A stretch of 64,000 nucleotides of DNA. Origin: Candidatus Omnitrophota bacterium (GTDB taxonomy: Bacteria > Omnitrophota > Gorgyraeia > Tantalellales > Tantalellaceae). Position numbers and translations under genes: made by a program. How positions within the stretch are numbered: the first letter of the stretch is position 1; each line of letters opens with the position of its first letter. The stretch is taken from positions 4,262 through 68,261 of the forward strand of contig WJMG01000075.1 of assembly GCA_014728075.1 (NCBI GenBank). The letters run 5' to 3'. Under the pieces are notes generated by a model. It was not told the DNA's origin and did not search any database. It saw only the letters and a program-made list of their open reading frames with translations. Shown one piece after another: positions 18,526 to 28,157 of this stretch.

Positions 18526-19134
18526 TTACCCTGTACCCAGCACATAGGCAAGTACGGCATCCGCCTGCTTGGCCGCCGCGACGCTGACCCCGGGAGATAA
18601 AGGGGGCTTCTGCGCTGTATCCGAAGAAAGATCTCCCACCAGGACCAGACCTTTTTTCAGGTTTCTCACCCTTATCCCGTCAGTATCACCGTATCCGGAT
18701 ATGCCCGAGGCAGAGACCACGAACTTACCTGTATTCATCAGAGCGGCTATCAGTTTTGATTTATATTCGGCCGCGTCGAACGCTTCCACCACAATATCAC
18801 ATTCCCCGAAAACCGCCATAATGTCGGGAGATTCCAGCTTTCGGCAGACCGCCTCTATCTCTACATCACGGTTGATCCTCAAAAGATTGGCCTTAAGGGC
18901 TTCCACTTTACTATCACCAACCTGGTCCTCAAAATAGAACTGCCGGTTGAGATTCGATAACTCGACCCGGTCGAAATCAACTATGAGAAATCTCCTGAAA
19001 CCCGACCTTACGAGACAGGCGGCGCAATTCGACCCCAAACCCCCTGCCCCGGCTATGCCCACCCTCACGGCCTGTATCTTTTTCAGGTTCTCTTCACCTA
19101 TATATCCGGCTATGGCTTTTTCGAAATTGTTCAT
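18526..19134 (-). CDS. thiF: ThiS adenylyltransferase
   Basis: GAGGLGS, DFDRVELSNLNRQ; in thi operon. Confidence 0.92.
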   Translation of the reverse strand: MNNFEKAIAGYIGEENLKKIQAVRVGIAGAGGLGSNCAACLVRSGFRRFLIVDFDRVELSNLNRQFYFEDQVGDSKVEALKANLLRINRDVEIEAVCRKLESPDIMAVFGECDIVVEAFDAAEYKSKLIAALMNTGKFVVSASGISGYGDTDGIRVRNLKKGLVLVGDLSSDTAQKPPLSPGVSVAAAKQADAVLAYVLGTG

Positions 19135-19216
19135 GATATTACTGACCTCTGACCACAGACCACGGACCACTTGCTATTATATTAAAATATGCGGTCTGTC
19201 GGCCGATGTCTGTCAT

Positions 19217-20329
19217 CTAAATATCCATCCAGTCCTTTAATACGGGCTGATACCCTTTTTCCTTAAGCATCGCGCGTATCTCAGCCACATCCCTTCTGTC
19301 CGCTATGTCGAACTGCGTGATGTACGGCCCGTCCGGGGCCTTGAGGGTGTGACCACCCACGGCGGTAGTAGACCCCGCGGACATACGCGTAACCCCGAGA
19401 GGTATGAGGTTCTCACGGAACCGGGCGCCTTCTCTTGTTGAAAGCGTTATTCCAACCCTGGGAAGGAATATCCTGAAAGCGGTTAAGATCTGCGCGACTT
19501 CCACCTCCGATACGGTACACGCCGGCAGGAAATCTCCGGAACAGGGCCTGAGGCGCGGCACGGATACGCTTATCTCGGCCGCGGGGAACTCTTTCTGCAG
19601 ATAAGCGGCATGCAGTCCGGTAAAGAATACCTCTTTTCTCCAGTCGTTCAGACCCAGCAAAGCGCCTATATTAATGGTCCTCATTCCCGCTCTGCCCGCC
19701 CTTTCGGGGGCTTCCAGACGGAATTCATAATTCTTTTTAACTCCCGACACATGCACTTTGTCGTATACGCCACGGTCATAGACTTCCTGATATATGGTAA
19801 GACCGTCAACACCCGCGCTTATGAGCTCCCTGTATTCTTCTCCGGAGAGCGCGTATACTTCTATCGATATGGAACTGAAATATGCCTTAAGGACCCCGAC
19901 ACATTCCTTTATATAAGATACGGGACTTGCTTTTCTGGACCCGCCCGTAAGGATAAGCAGGTGTTTCAGGCCCGTGGAAGAAATGAACTCCGCCTCTTTT
20001 TCAACTTCCTCAAGGGTAAGCTTTCTGCCGGCCCTTACGCCGCGCGAACTGAATCCGCAATAGGCGCAATCGTTCTCGCAATGATCGGCAAGGTACATGG
20101 GAGTATAAAGCTGTATCACCCTTCCGAAATTCTTCAAGGTCAAACGGTGAGCCCTCTGAGCCATCTCTTCAATAAGACCTTCCGCGGCCGGGGAAAGCAT
20201 CGCCAGAAAGTCCTTCTCTCCCGGCCTGCCTGAACGGACGGCCCGTTCAACATGCTTTACGGACACTGAATCCAGAAACGCTTCCAGATCCGTATTGTCA
20301 TATTTATCATATATGGGAATAAAGCTCAT
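19217..20329 (-). CDS. thiH: 2-iminoacetate synthase (radical SAM)
   Basis: CENDCAYC, YQEVY, SVPRLRP, SAGS.T.VGG. Confidence 0.95.
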   Translation of the reverse strand: MSFIPIYDKYDNTDLEAFLDSVSVKHVERAVRSGRPGEKDFLAMLSPAAEGLIEEMAQRAHRLTLKNFGRVIQLYTPMYLADHCENDCAYCGFSSRGVRAGRKLTLEEVEKEAEFISSTGLKHLLILTGGSRKASPVSYIKECVGVLKAYFSSISIEVYALSGEEYRELISAGVDGLTIYQEVYDRGVYDKVHVSGVKKNYEFRLEAPERAGRAGMRTINIGALLGLNDWRKEVFFTGLHAAYLQKEFPAAEISVSVPRLRPCSGDFLPACTVSEVEVAQILTAFRIFLPRVGITLSTREGARFRENLIPLGVTRMSAGSTTAVGGHTLKAPDGPYITQFDIADRRDVAEIRAMLKEKGYQPVLKDWMDI

Positions 20330-20427
20330 GATCTTTGATCTCCGAAGCACTGACGACGGGCCAAATACTTATACTGCAAAAACATGTGGCAGGTAGCCCG
20401 TGGTCTGCCGGTATTTCTTCTTCGCAA

Positions 20428-21198
20428 TTAGCCTCTCAAAAAACCCGTAAGAGGGGAAGAGGCTTCCGCTTCCTTTGTCTTCGGGCCCTTTCCCGCAAGA
20501 TAAGCGAGCCTCCCCGCTTTCACCGCGAGAGAAAAAGCTTCCGCCATGGAAACGGGATCTTCCGAAGCGGCGAGCGCCGTATTGACGAGCACGGCGGCAC
20601 AACCCAGTTCCATACATTCCGCGGCTTCCGACGGGCTTCCTATTCCGGCGTCCACTATGACCGGAAGCGCTATCTCCTCTACCAGTATCTCCACGAGCTC
20701 CCGGGTCCTTAAGCCCCGGTTGGTACCTATAGGGGCTCCCAGAGGCATTATCGCCGCGGCGCCGGCATCCTGCATTCTCCTGGCTGCCGTAAGGTCCGGG
20801 TTCATGTAAGGAAGCACCGTAAACCCTTCACCCGCCAGGATCTCCACGGTTTTCAGGGTTTCGGTATTATCGGGCAGAAGGTACTTGTTATCGGCTATCA
20901 CTTCCACCTTTATCCAGCTGCCGCATCCCGCCGCCCGGGCCAGCCTGGCTATCCTCACCGCTTCTTCGGCATTACGGGCTCCCGATGTATTGGGCATAAG
21001 TATACATCTTTCGGGTATATGGTCCAGGATGTTCTCGTCTTCGGAGTCCGCGTCAACGCGCCTCAAGGCGACGGTAACGACCTCCGCGCCGGACCTTTCG
21101 AGAACTTCCCTGACAAGTGATTTCCTCGCGAATTTGCCCGTCCCCACGAACAACCTGCTGGCAAGTTCCTTTCCGCCTATATTAAGAAGATCTGACAT
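20428..21198 (-). CDS. thiG: Thiazole synthase
   Basis: GTGKF, PNTSGA, WIKVEV, VDAGIG. Confidence 0.97.
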   Translation of the reverse strand: MSDLLNIGGKELASRLFVGTGKFARKSLVREVLERSGAEVVTVALRRVDADSEDENILDHIPERCILMPNTSGARNAEEAVRIARLARAAGCGSWIKVEVIADNKYLLPDNTETLKTVEILAGEGFTVLPYMNPDLTAARRMQDAGAAAIMPLGAPIGTNRGLRTRELVEILVEEIALPVIVDAGIGSPSEAAECMELGCAAVLVNTALAASEDPVSMAEAFSLAVKAGRLAYLAGKGPKTKEAEASSPLTGFLRG

Positions 21199-21259
21199 GG
21201 TAACTCCTTTTTCAGGTTTAGGTTTAGGAGGCATTCGGCCTGTATTTTCTGGACCTGCC

Positions 21260-21886
21260 CTAAAGACTTATTCTCTCTTTAAATTCTCTTACCTTTCCCC
21301 CGATATCCCCGGCCTGCGTTATGGCTCTTATGACCGCGATATTGCGCACTCCCTTATTTATCAAAATATCAATATTTTTCATATCGATCCCGCCGATGAA
21401 AATAACCGGCTTTTCGGCTGTCCCAAGGACCTCTTCAACATTATCGGCACCTATATGATAATCCTTGGTCCTCGTTTCGAATATCGGCCCGAACGCTATA
21501 TAGTCAATGTCCTTTTTATTCGCGTCGCCGAACTGTTCGACCGAATGCGTAGACAGCCCGATCATCTTTTCCCCGCCGAGGATCTCCCGGGTCTTCTCAA
21601 TCGTATATTTCTCCGCGTCTTCCTGACCCAGATGAACACCGTCGGCGTCAAGTTCAGCGGCTAAAAAGGGATCGTCGTTCACTATGAACTTAACGCCCTT
21701 TTCCCTGCAGACTCTCAAAAGTTGGGACCCCAGAGCCTTAAGCTCATCACGGGTCTTGCCCTTCTCCCGCATCTGCAGTATATCTATACCGGCTTCTATC
21801 GCCTCCAGCGCGACTTCAAGGGTGCTTCTACCGTTAGAGTGTTCTTCAGATGTAACGAAGTACAGATTCGAGTTATCAGGGTTCAT
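21260..21886 (-). CDS. thiE: Thiamine-phosphate synthase
   Basis: [23 protein letters not shown]. Confidence 0.96.
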   Translation of the reverse strand: MNPDNSNLYFVTSEEHSNGRSTLEVALEAIEAGIDILQMREKGKTRDELKALGSQLLRVCREKGVKFIVNDDPFLAAELDADGVHLGQEDAEKYTIEKTREILGGEKMIGLSTHSVEQFGDANKKDIDYIAFGPIFETRTKDYHIGADNVEEVLGTAEKPVIFIGGIDMKNIDILINKGVRNIAVIRAITQAGDIGGKVREFKERISL

Positions 21887-21955
21887 GGTATTATGTTTAG
21901 GTCCAGAAGGCATTCGGCCTGTATTTTCTGGAGAGGGGGGATCTGCCCAAAGGGC

Positions 21956-22153
21956 TTATCCCCCTCCAACGAAGCTGATTATTTCTATATTATCGCTCTC
22001 GTTAATTATCACCTCTGCCCATTTATCCTTCTCAACGACCGAAAGGTTATATTCAATAACTATATTATCAGGGATGAGTTCTTTGCTCTCGACAAGAGAC
22101 AACAAAGTACCCCCTTCGAATTCCTGTTCTTTTCCGTTTATGCGTATCTTCAT
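21956..22153 (-). CDS. thiS: Sulfur carrier protein
   Basis: MKIRING...FVGGG C-terminus. Confidence 0.95.
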   Translation of the reverse strand: MKIRINGKEQEFEGGTLLSLVESKELIPDNIVIEYNLSVVEKDKWAEVIINESDNIEIISFVGGG

Positions 22154-22232
22154 AGTTTCACTTCTAAAACAATATGTTAGGTTTAGGAAGAGCCTGCAGA
22201 CCAAAGGTCTGATGAGTCTCAAACTGGACCCA

Positions 22233-22278
22233 CAACAAAAGAACTCCCTGCTTTTTCCGCGCAGGGAGTTCTTTTGTT
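22233..22278 (-). terminator. Riboswitch-controlled intrinsic terminator
   Basis: AAAAGAACTCCCTGC...GCAGGGAGTTCTTTTT just downstream of the TPP aptamer. Confidence 0.85.
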
Positions 22279-22281
22279 TTC

Positions 22282-22372
22282 TCCTCCCTACGCCGGCATT
22301 AACCGGATCAGGTCAACGGGTAATCCGACTTCATCGGAACTCTCAGAAGGACCAGCCTCCTCCCCGGGATAT
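22282..22372 (-). ncRNA. TPP riboswitch
   Basis: Minus strand GGGGAG..CTGAGA..ACCCGTTGACCTGATCCGGTTAATGCCGGCGTAGGGA, upstream of thiS. Confidence 0.93.
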
Positions 22373-22505
22373 CTTTTTTTTCACATATTATAAAGGACCT
22401 CCCGGTCATATCCTGTCGAGCGGCCTTTATCCAAGACCTCAAAAAAACCGAAGATCCTCAAATGAAATTAGACCATAATACTACAGTAAAGTCAATATAT
22501 TGATA

Positions 22506-23855
22506 TCACTCTTTCTCTTTCAAGTAGCTGTCCATGGCCCTGGCGGCGCGTTTCCCGGCGCCCATCGCCAATATAACTGTCGCGGATCCCGTGACTATAT
22601 CACCGCCGGCAAAAATATCCCCGACGCTCGTCCTTCCTTCAGGATCAGCCTCAATATAGCCTTTCCCGTTAAGCTTTAATCCTTTTATAGTACTTAAGAG
22701 AAGTGGATTGGGTCCGCTTCCTATAGCCACGATGACCGTATCGGCGGGGATTTCGAACTCCGAATTCTCCAAAGGCACGGGCCGCCTCCTTCCGCTTTCG
22801 TCGGGAGGGCCGAGCTCGTTCCTCGTACAGACCAGGGTTTTTGCCGCGCCTTGAGGACCCGCGAGTATTTTCGCGGGAGAAGAGAGAAAAAGGAATTTTA
22901 CGCCTTCCTCACGGGCGTGGGTTATTTCATCCCTGCGCGCGGGCATCTCTTTTTCGGTGCGCCTGTAAACTACGGTAACTTCGCCTGCTCCGCACCTCAA
23001 AGCGCTGCGTGCGGAATCCATGGCCACATTCCCCCCCCCTACGACCACGGCCTTACGCCCGACATTAACGGGGGTATCGTATTCGGGGAATTTGTATGCT
23101 TTCATGAGGTTTATCCTGGTCAGGAATTCGTTCGCCGAATAGACGCCTTTCAGGTTCTCTCCTTCTATCCCCAGAAAATAAGGAAGCCCGGCGCCGGAAC
23201 TTATGTAAAAGGCCTTGAACCCTTCTCTCCTGAGGTCCTCTATGGTCTTTATCTTCCCTATTACATAATTAAGTTTTATCTCTACTCCTTTGCCCCGGAT
23301 ATTATCCACTTCCCCCGCGACTATCCCGTTGGGCAGCCTGAATTCCGGTATACCGTAAGCCAAGACGCCTCCGGCCTTATGCAGGGCCTCAAAAACCGTG
23401 ACCCTGTAGCCTTTTTCCGCCAGATCGGCCGCGCAGGTAAGCCCTCCCGGGCCGGATCCTATTACCGCGACGGCGGGGCCCTCCGGCTTCTTTTCGCTCG
23501 CTCTCTTAACGGAAAATTCAGAGGCAAATCTTTCCAGGGCCCCGATATTGATAGGCTTTCCCGTCTTGTTCAGCACACAACGGACTTCACACTGATCCTC
23601 CTGGGGGCAGACCCTCCCGCAGACGGCCGGCAGGTTGCTGGTCTCGCCGATAACGGAGACGGCTTTTTCGAATTTTTTTTCTTTTATCGCCCTGATAAAA
23701 CCGGGTATGTTTATCTCCGCGGGACATCCTTTCACACAGGGAGGATCAGGGCACTGAAGACATCGGGACGCTTCCCTTACGGCTTCTTCTTCGGTGTAAC
23801 CATAAGGAACCTCATTGAAGTTCTTTACCCTGTCTTTCGGACATTGTTCTCTCAT
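22506..23855 (-). CDS. nfnB: NfnB (GltD-like large subunit of electron-bifurcating transhydrogenase)
   Basis: RCLQC..CVKGCP, CGRVCPQE.QCE, GGGNVAMD; downstream of nfnA-like gene. Confidence 0.85.
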   Translation of the reverse strand: MREQCPKDRVKNFNEVPYGYTEEEAVREASRCLQCPDPPCVKGCPAEINIPGFIRAIKEKKFEKAVSVIGETSNLPAVCGRVCPQEDQCEVRCVLNKTGKPINIGALERFASEFSVKRASEKKPEGPAVAVIGSGPGGLTCAADLAEKGYRVTVFEALHKAGGVLAYGIPEFRLPNGIVAGEVDNIRGKGVEIKLNYVIGKIKTIEDLRREGFKAFYISSGAGLPYFLGIEGENLKGVYSANEFLTRINLMKAYKFPEYDTPVNVGRKAVVVGGGNVAMDSARSALRCGAGEVTVVYRRTEKEMPARRDEITHAREEGVKFLFLSSPAKILAGPQGAAKTLVCTRNELGPPDESGRRRPVPLENSEFEIPADTVIVAIGSGPNPLLLSTIKGLKLNGKGYIEADPEGRTSVGDIFAGGDIVTGSATVILAMGAGKRAARAMDSYLKEKE

Positions 23856-23926
23856 GACTTGAACACCAGAACACGAAGTCTCAAGGATGACCTATAATGT
23901 ATTCCCTGATCTGTTGTTTTTCCTTT

Positions 23927-24781
23927 TTACTTTCCCCTTCCCGCCGAAGGCGGGACAAGGCCTATCCTGCATTTATGCTCGAGAGCTTGCCGCTCTTTTT
24001 CCACATAACTGCTCACCCTTCTGCCGAGATCCTCAAAATCGACTTTGCTGGCGTCGAAATCAGGCCCGTCGTAACAGGCGAATCTCTTTTCGCCGCCGTA
24101 CAATATCCTGCAGCATCCGCACATGCCGGTGCCGTCGACCATGAGAGCATTAAGCGATACTCTTGTTTCCAGGTTCTCCGACAGGGTCATTCCGCTTACG
24201 GCTTTCATCATGGCCACCGGGCCTACCACAAAAGCCAGATCGTACTTTTTCTTTGTGAGGAGGCCTCCGAGAACATCGGTCACGAAGCCTTTCCGGCCGT
24301 ACGACCCGTCATCGGTGGTGACATGAACTTCACGGCAGAATTCTTTGAGCTCTTTTTCGCAAAGAACGAGTTCTTTCGTTCGAAAACCGGCAATAACCTC
24401 GACTTCCGAACCGTTACCGGCGAAAAGCCTGGCAACGGGATATGCTTCCGCGACCCCTACCCCTCCGCCTACCACTATAACTTTTCCGTACCCCGCCCCG
24501 GAAACCCTGTGGCCCAGAGGCCCGGCGATATCCGCCACATGACCGCCCTCCCCCAGAGAGCAAAGTTTACGGGTGCTTACGCCCACCGCCTGGCAAACGA
24601 CCGAAACCGTACCTCTTTCCGGATCCATGTCGTGTATAGTCAGGGGAAACCGCTCGCCTTTTTCATCCACTCGAAGGACGAGGAACTGTCCCGGCCCCGC
24701 GGCGGCGGCAATGTCCGGAGCATGGAACTCCACAAGGCAGGTTTCAGAGTTAAGCTGTTCTTTTGAGAGTATTTTGAACAT
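23927..24781 (-). CDS. nfnA: NfnA (FAD/[2Fe-2S] PyrK-like small subunit)
   Basis: GERFPLTI, GPLG, MVDGTGMCGCCR, CYDGPDF. Confidence 0.87.
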   Translation of the reverse strand: MFKILSKEQLNSETCLVEFHAPDIAAAAGPGQFLVLRVDEKGERFPLTIHDMDPERGTVSVVCQAVGVSTRKLCSLGEGGHVADIAGPLGHRVSGAGYGKVIVVGGGVGVAEAYPVARLFAGNGSEVEVIAGFRTKELVLCEKELKEFCREVHVTTDDGSYGRKGFVTDVLGGLLTKKKYDLAFVVGPVAMMKAVSGMTLSENLETRVSLNALMVDGTGMCGCCRILYGGEKRFACYDGPDFDASKVDFEDLGRRVSSYVEKERQALEHKCRIGLVPPSAGRGK

Positions 24782-25776
24782 CAGAGCCTCTCTAAAACGG
24801 CATCGGTAAAGCCGCCGGTGGTACCCTTTCCCCCGAGATCAGGAGTGAGGCGGTCTTTTGTAGACAGAACATCCTCCAGGGCGGATCGTATGTTCCCCGC
24901 TCTCTCTCCCATGCCTATATGATCGAGCATAAGGGCGGAGGCAAGTATCAGCGAGGAAGGGTTCGCTATGTTCTTTCCGGCTATATCCGGGGCCGATCCG
25001 TGTACCGCTTCGAAGATAGCCGCGTCGTTCCCGATATTGGCCCCCGGGGTCAACCCCAGCCCTCCCACCAGACCGGCGCAAAGATCGGAAATAATATCAC
25101 CGAAAAGATTGGTGGTCACGATCACATCGAACTGTCCCGGATCCATTACCAGCTGCATGCAGCAATTATCGACAAGCATCTCCGCCGTCTCAATATCGGG
25201 ATATTCGGGCGCGATCTCACGGGAAGTCTTAAGGAACAGGCCCGAAGTGGACTTTAGTATATTGGCCTTGTTGACCACGGTCACTTTCTTTCTTCCCTTT
25301 TTTCTGGCGGTTTCGTAAGCGAATTTGAGAACACGGCGGCATCCTTCCCTGGTTACTACGCTTACGGCGGTGGCTTCCCCTTCCTCGGAAACATGCTGCC
25401 CCACGCCCGAATACATACCCTGGGTATTTTCCCTTATGGTGATTATATCGACCCCTTCGTATCTGGACAATGTCCCGGGGAAAGACCTGGCCGGCCTGAG
25501 GTTCGCGTAAAGGTCGAACATTTTGCGCAGCGTAACATTTACGGAAGTAAAGCCTTCACCTATGGGCGTTGTCAAAGGCCCCTTGAGAACTATCCTGTTC
25601 CGCTCGATGGATTCTATGGTCTCCCGCGGTATAAGGTCTTTGCCCTCATCCAGCGCGCTCCGGCCCGCGACAGCCGTTTCGTATTCCAGTCCCGCACCCG
25701 CCTTTTCAAGGACCTTCAGGGCCGCGTCGACTATCGAAGGACCTATACCGTCGCCCGGTATCACGGTTATCTTCAT
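24781..25776 (-). CDS. icd: Isocitrate dehydrogenase, NAD-dependent type (IDH/IPMDH family)
   Basis: GDGIGP, KGPLTTP, SVNVTLR, NLFGDIISD, EAVHGSAPDIAG. Confidence 0.85.
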   Translation of the reverse strand: MKITVIPGDGIGPSIVDAALKVLEKAGAGLEYETAVAGRSALDEGKDLIPRETIESIERNRIVLKGPLTTPIGEGFTSVNVTLRKMFDLYANLRPARSFPGTLSRYEGVDIITIRENTQGMYSGVGQHVSEEGEATAVSVVTREGCRRVLKFAYETARKKGRKKVTVVNKANILKSTSGLFLKTSREIAPEYPDIETAEMLVDNCCMQLVMDPGQFDVIVTTNLFGDIISDLCAGLVGGLGLTPGANIGNDAAIFEAVHGSAPDIAGKNIANPSSLILASALMLDHIGMGERAGNIRSALEDVLSTKDRLTPDLGGKGTTGGFTDAVLERL

Positions 25777-26047
25777 CTCATCCCTTTCGGTTCGGGAACT
25801 TTTAAATTTACGCCTTGGTTTCCCTGGAAATGCCGGCGCTCAAAAGATCCCTAACAAAAACGCCCAGGCGGTGCTTTTCCGTAACGCCGCACGCATGAGC
25901 GTTTATCTTAATGCTTATGCCGGAAAAGGAGAAATCCTTCACCGTATATTTCCCGGCGGGTCACCTGCGTCACAATAATGTCTCGAACGGGCAATTCTGG
26001 CAAGCAAATACGCAACCCCCTGTAAGGCATACGGCATCCGCCTTGCT

Positions 26048-27217
26048 CTAGAGGACATCTTCGAGCAGGCGCTTTATCTCGGTCTCGGAGAACTGATCCA
26101 AACCCTCGAGCGAGGCCCTTACTTTAACGGTGTTCTGCGCCATTGCGTCCGTATCGGGGTTATCTATTCCTATCCCGCCCAGAGACGAGGGCAGGCCGAT
26201 AGAGATCAGAAAGGCCCGCGTAAGCTCTATCGCTTCCTTCGCCGCCTCTTCCGGCGGGTCTTCGGGTGATATCCCCCAGACATTTCTGCCGTAACGGGCG
26301 ATCTTTTCGGGGCCGTATTTTTCCGCCATCCTGGACATAAAGGCCGGCAAAAGTATAGCGAGCCCCGCGCCGTGGCTTATATCGTAGACGGCGCTTATTT
26401 CATGCTCTATCATGTGGAGCGTCCAGTCGGCGATCTTGCCTTTACCCAGAAGGCCGTTCAACGCGAGGGTGGATGTCCACATTATATTGGCCCTGGCCCC
26501 GTAATCACGGGGAGATTCCACGCATACCGGCCCGTATTCTATACACACCCGGAGGAGGCCCTCGGCGATGGCGTCCTGTGCGGCCGCGTCCATCTCGAAA
26601 GGCGTCAGATAGGACTCAAATATATGGGCCATTATATCGGCTATACCGGCAGCGGTATGGTACCTGTTGACCGAAAAGGTATAAACGGGGTCCAAAATGG
26701 AAAAGACCGGCTGCAAACAGGGAGAGATCAGGGGCACCTTTCTCTTCGAGCCTTCCCTGGAGATCACGGTGTTAGGGTTCATCTCCGTGCCTGTCGCGGC
26801 AAGAGTAAGCACCGTTCCCAGGGGCAAAGCCTCTGCGGGGCATTCCCCTCCTTCAAAAAAATCCCAGACATCACCTTCGTATGGGACGCCGGCAGCGATC
26901 GCCTTTGCCGCGTCTATTACGCTTCCTCCGCCCACCGGCAAAAGAAAATCTATTTTCTCGCTCCTGCATATATCAATACCTTCGTAAACGCTTTCCAGCC
27001 GGGGGTTAGGCTTTATCCCGGAAAGGTCCGTATATTCGACTCCCGCCTTATCCACCTGCTCAAGGACCTCGTCGAGTATACCGTTCTTTTTCACGCTCCC
27101 GCCGCCTGTGACCACAAGGACCCTTTTAGCCCTTTTCTTGAGCTCTCCGGAAAGGTTGCAGACCTGCCCTTTGCCGAAATAGACGCAGGTCGGATTGAAA
27201 AAGATGAAATTCTGCAT
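26048..27217 (-). CDS. Iron-containing alcohol dehydrogenase (Bdh/YugJ-like)
   Basis: NPT..FGKG, GGGSVIDAAK, HMIEH..HGAGLA. Confidence 0.92.
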   Translation of the reverse strand: MQNFIFFNPTCVYFGKGQVCNLSGELKKRAKRVLVVTGGGSVKKNGILDEVLEQVDKAGVEYTDLSGIKPNPRLESVYEGIDICRSEKIDFLLPVGGGSVIDAAKAIAAGVPYEGDVWDFFEGGECPAEALPLGTVLTLAATGTEMNPNTVISREGSKRKVPLISPCLQPVFSILDPVYTFSVNRYHTAAGIADIMAHIFESYLTPFEMDAAAQDAIAEGLLRVCIEYGPVCVESPRDYGARANIMWTSTLALNGLLGKGKIADWTLHMIEHEISAVYDISHGAGLAILLPAFMSRMAEKYGPEKIARYGRNVWGISPEDPPEEAAKEAIELTRAFLISIGLPSSLGGIGIDNPDTDAMAQNTVKVRASLEGLDQFSETEIKRLLEDVL

Positions 27218-27234
27218 ATCGGTTCTCCGGGGGG

Positions 27235-27618
27235 CTAAAGCTCTTTCTCTTCCTCCTCCTGGGGAGGTCCGGTCTTGGAAAGGAAAAAATCAATAAGGTA
27301 GTCCAGGCCCATGGTCTTGGGGATGAATCCGTCCGCGCCCAGCCTCTCGGCCTCGTCCATAAAATCCTGATCGTCGTATCCGCTGAACATGTATACGGGC
27401 ATGGAAGGATGTTCTCTTTTTATCTTTTCAAGCAAAGGAAAGCTTGTGCCCTTTTCGAGCATTATGTCCAGCAGGACAAATTCATATTCCGGTCCGAAGG
27501 CCTTTTCTGCCTCTTCCAGGGTGGAAGTCACATCCACTTTATAGCCTCTGCGCCCCATAAAATCGGATATCAATTCCCCCATACCGGCCTGGTCTTCCAG
27601 TAAAAGGATCTTCTTCAT
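27235..27618 (-). CDS. Single-domain response regulator
   Basis: LLEDQ, LLDIML phosphoacceptor, conserved S and K. Confidence 0.87.
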   Translation of the reverse strand: MKKILLLEDQAGMGELISDFMGRRGYKVDVTSTLEEAEKAFGPEYEFVLLDIMLEKGTSFPLLEKIKREHPSMPVYMFSGYDDQDFMDEAERLGADGFIPKTMGLDYLIDFFLSKTGPPQEEEEKEL

Positions 27619-27654
27619 ATAAAACCCGGCTTGTCCGTGCGGACGATATGTTCT

Positions 27655-28062
27655 TTATTTTATCGACAGGTACTTGAGAAGAGCCTGCTTTGTCTGCGAC
27701 CCGACTATACCGTCAACTTTTAGACCGTGGTCCGCCTGGAACTCCCTGATCGCCCTTTTTGATTTGTTCCCGATCTTGCCGTCTATAGGCCCGTAATAAT
27801 AACCCGCGTTCTTTAACGCTTTCTGGATCTCTCTCTTCGACATGCTTATATCACGCGTAGAGGAAGGATCGGTCGCTGCCGGGGCCACAAAGGTCACGCT
27901 TTCGGAAGTTTCGGAAACCTGGTTCTCGAGCGATTGCTGCTCTCTTTCCATGCTGTTGACGCGGCTTTCCAGGGAATCCACTCTTTCTTCTAGGCCTGAC
28001 TGGAAGATAGCACATCCCGAAACAAGGGGCAGAACCGTAAGAATAGCCAATAACCTTTTCAT
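27655..28062 (-). CDS. Lipoprotein with peptidoglycan-binding (PG_binding_1) domain
   Basis: Lipobox VSGC, coiled coil, IQKALK.AGYY.GPIDG..FQ..GLKVDGIVG. Confidence 0.88.
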   Translation of the reverse strand: MKRLLAILTVLPLVSGCAIFQSGLEERVDSLESRVNSMEREQQSLENQVSETSESVTFVAPAATDPSSTRDISMSKREIQKALKNAGYYYGPIDGKIGNKSKRAIREFQADHGLKVDGIVGSQTKQALLKYLSIK

Positions 28063-28157
28063 GCTTCCTCCTTATATTGTTTTTCCGGTAACAAGTTGCC
28101 GTTACATACAATATTATATTATACAGGATGAGTTTGCAACAGAAATCTGGGAAAGTG

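Noticed and set aside
22506-23855. Second gltD
   Set aside because: Paired with a PyrK-like NfnA, and a true gltD follows gltB; better called NfnB
28080-28125. Third copy of the GTTACC promoter motif upstream of the PG-binding lipoprotein (and TTTACTTGT at ~17487)
   Set aside because: Only one half-element in each case, with wrong order or spacing
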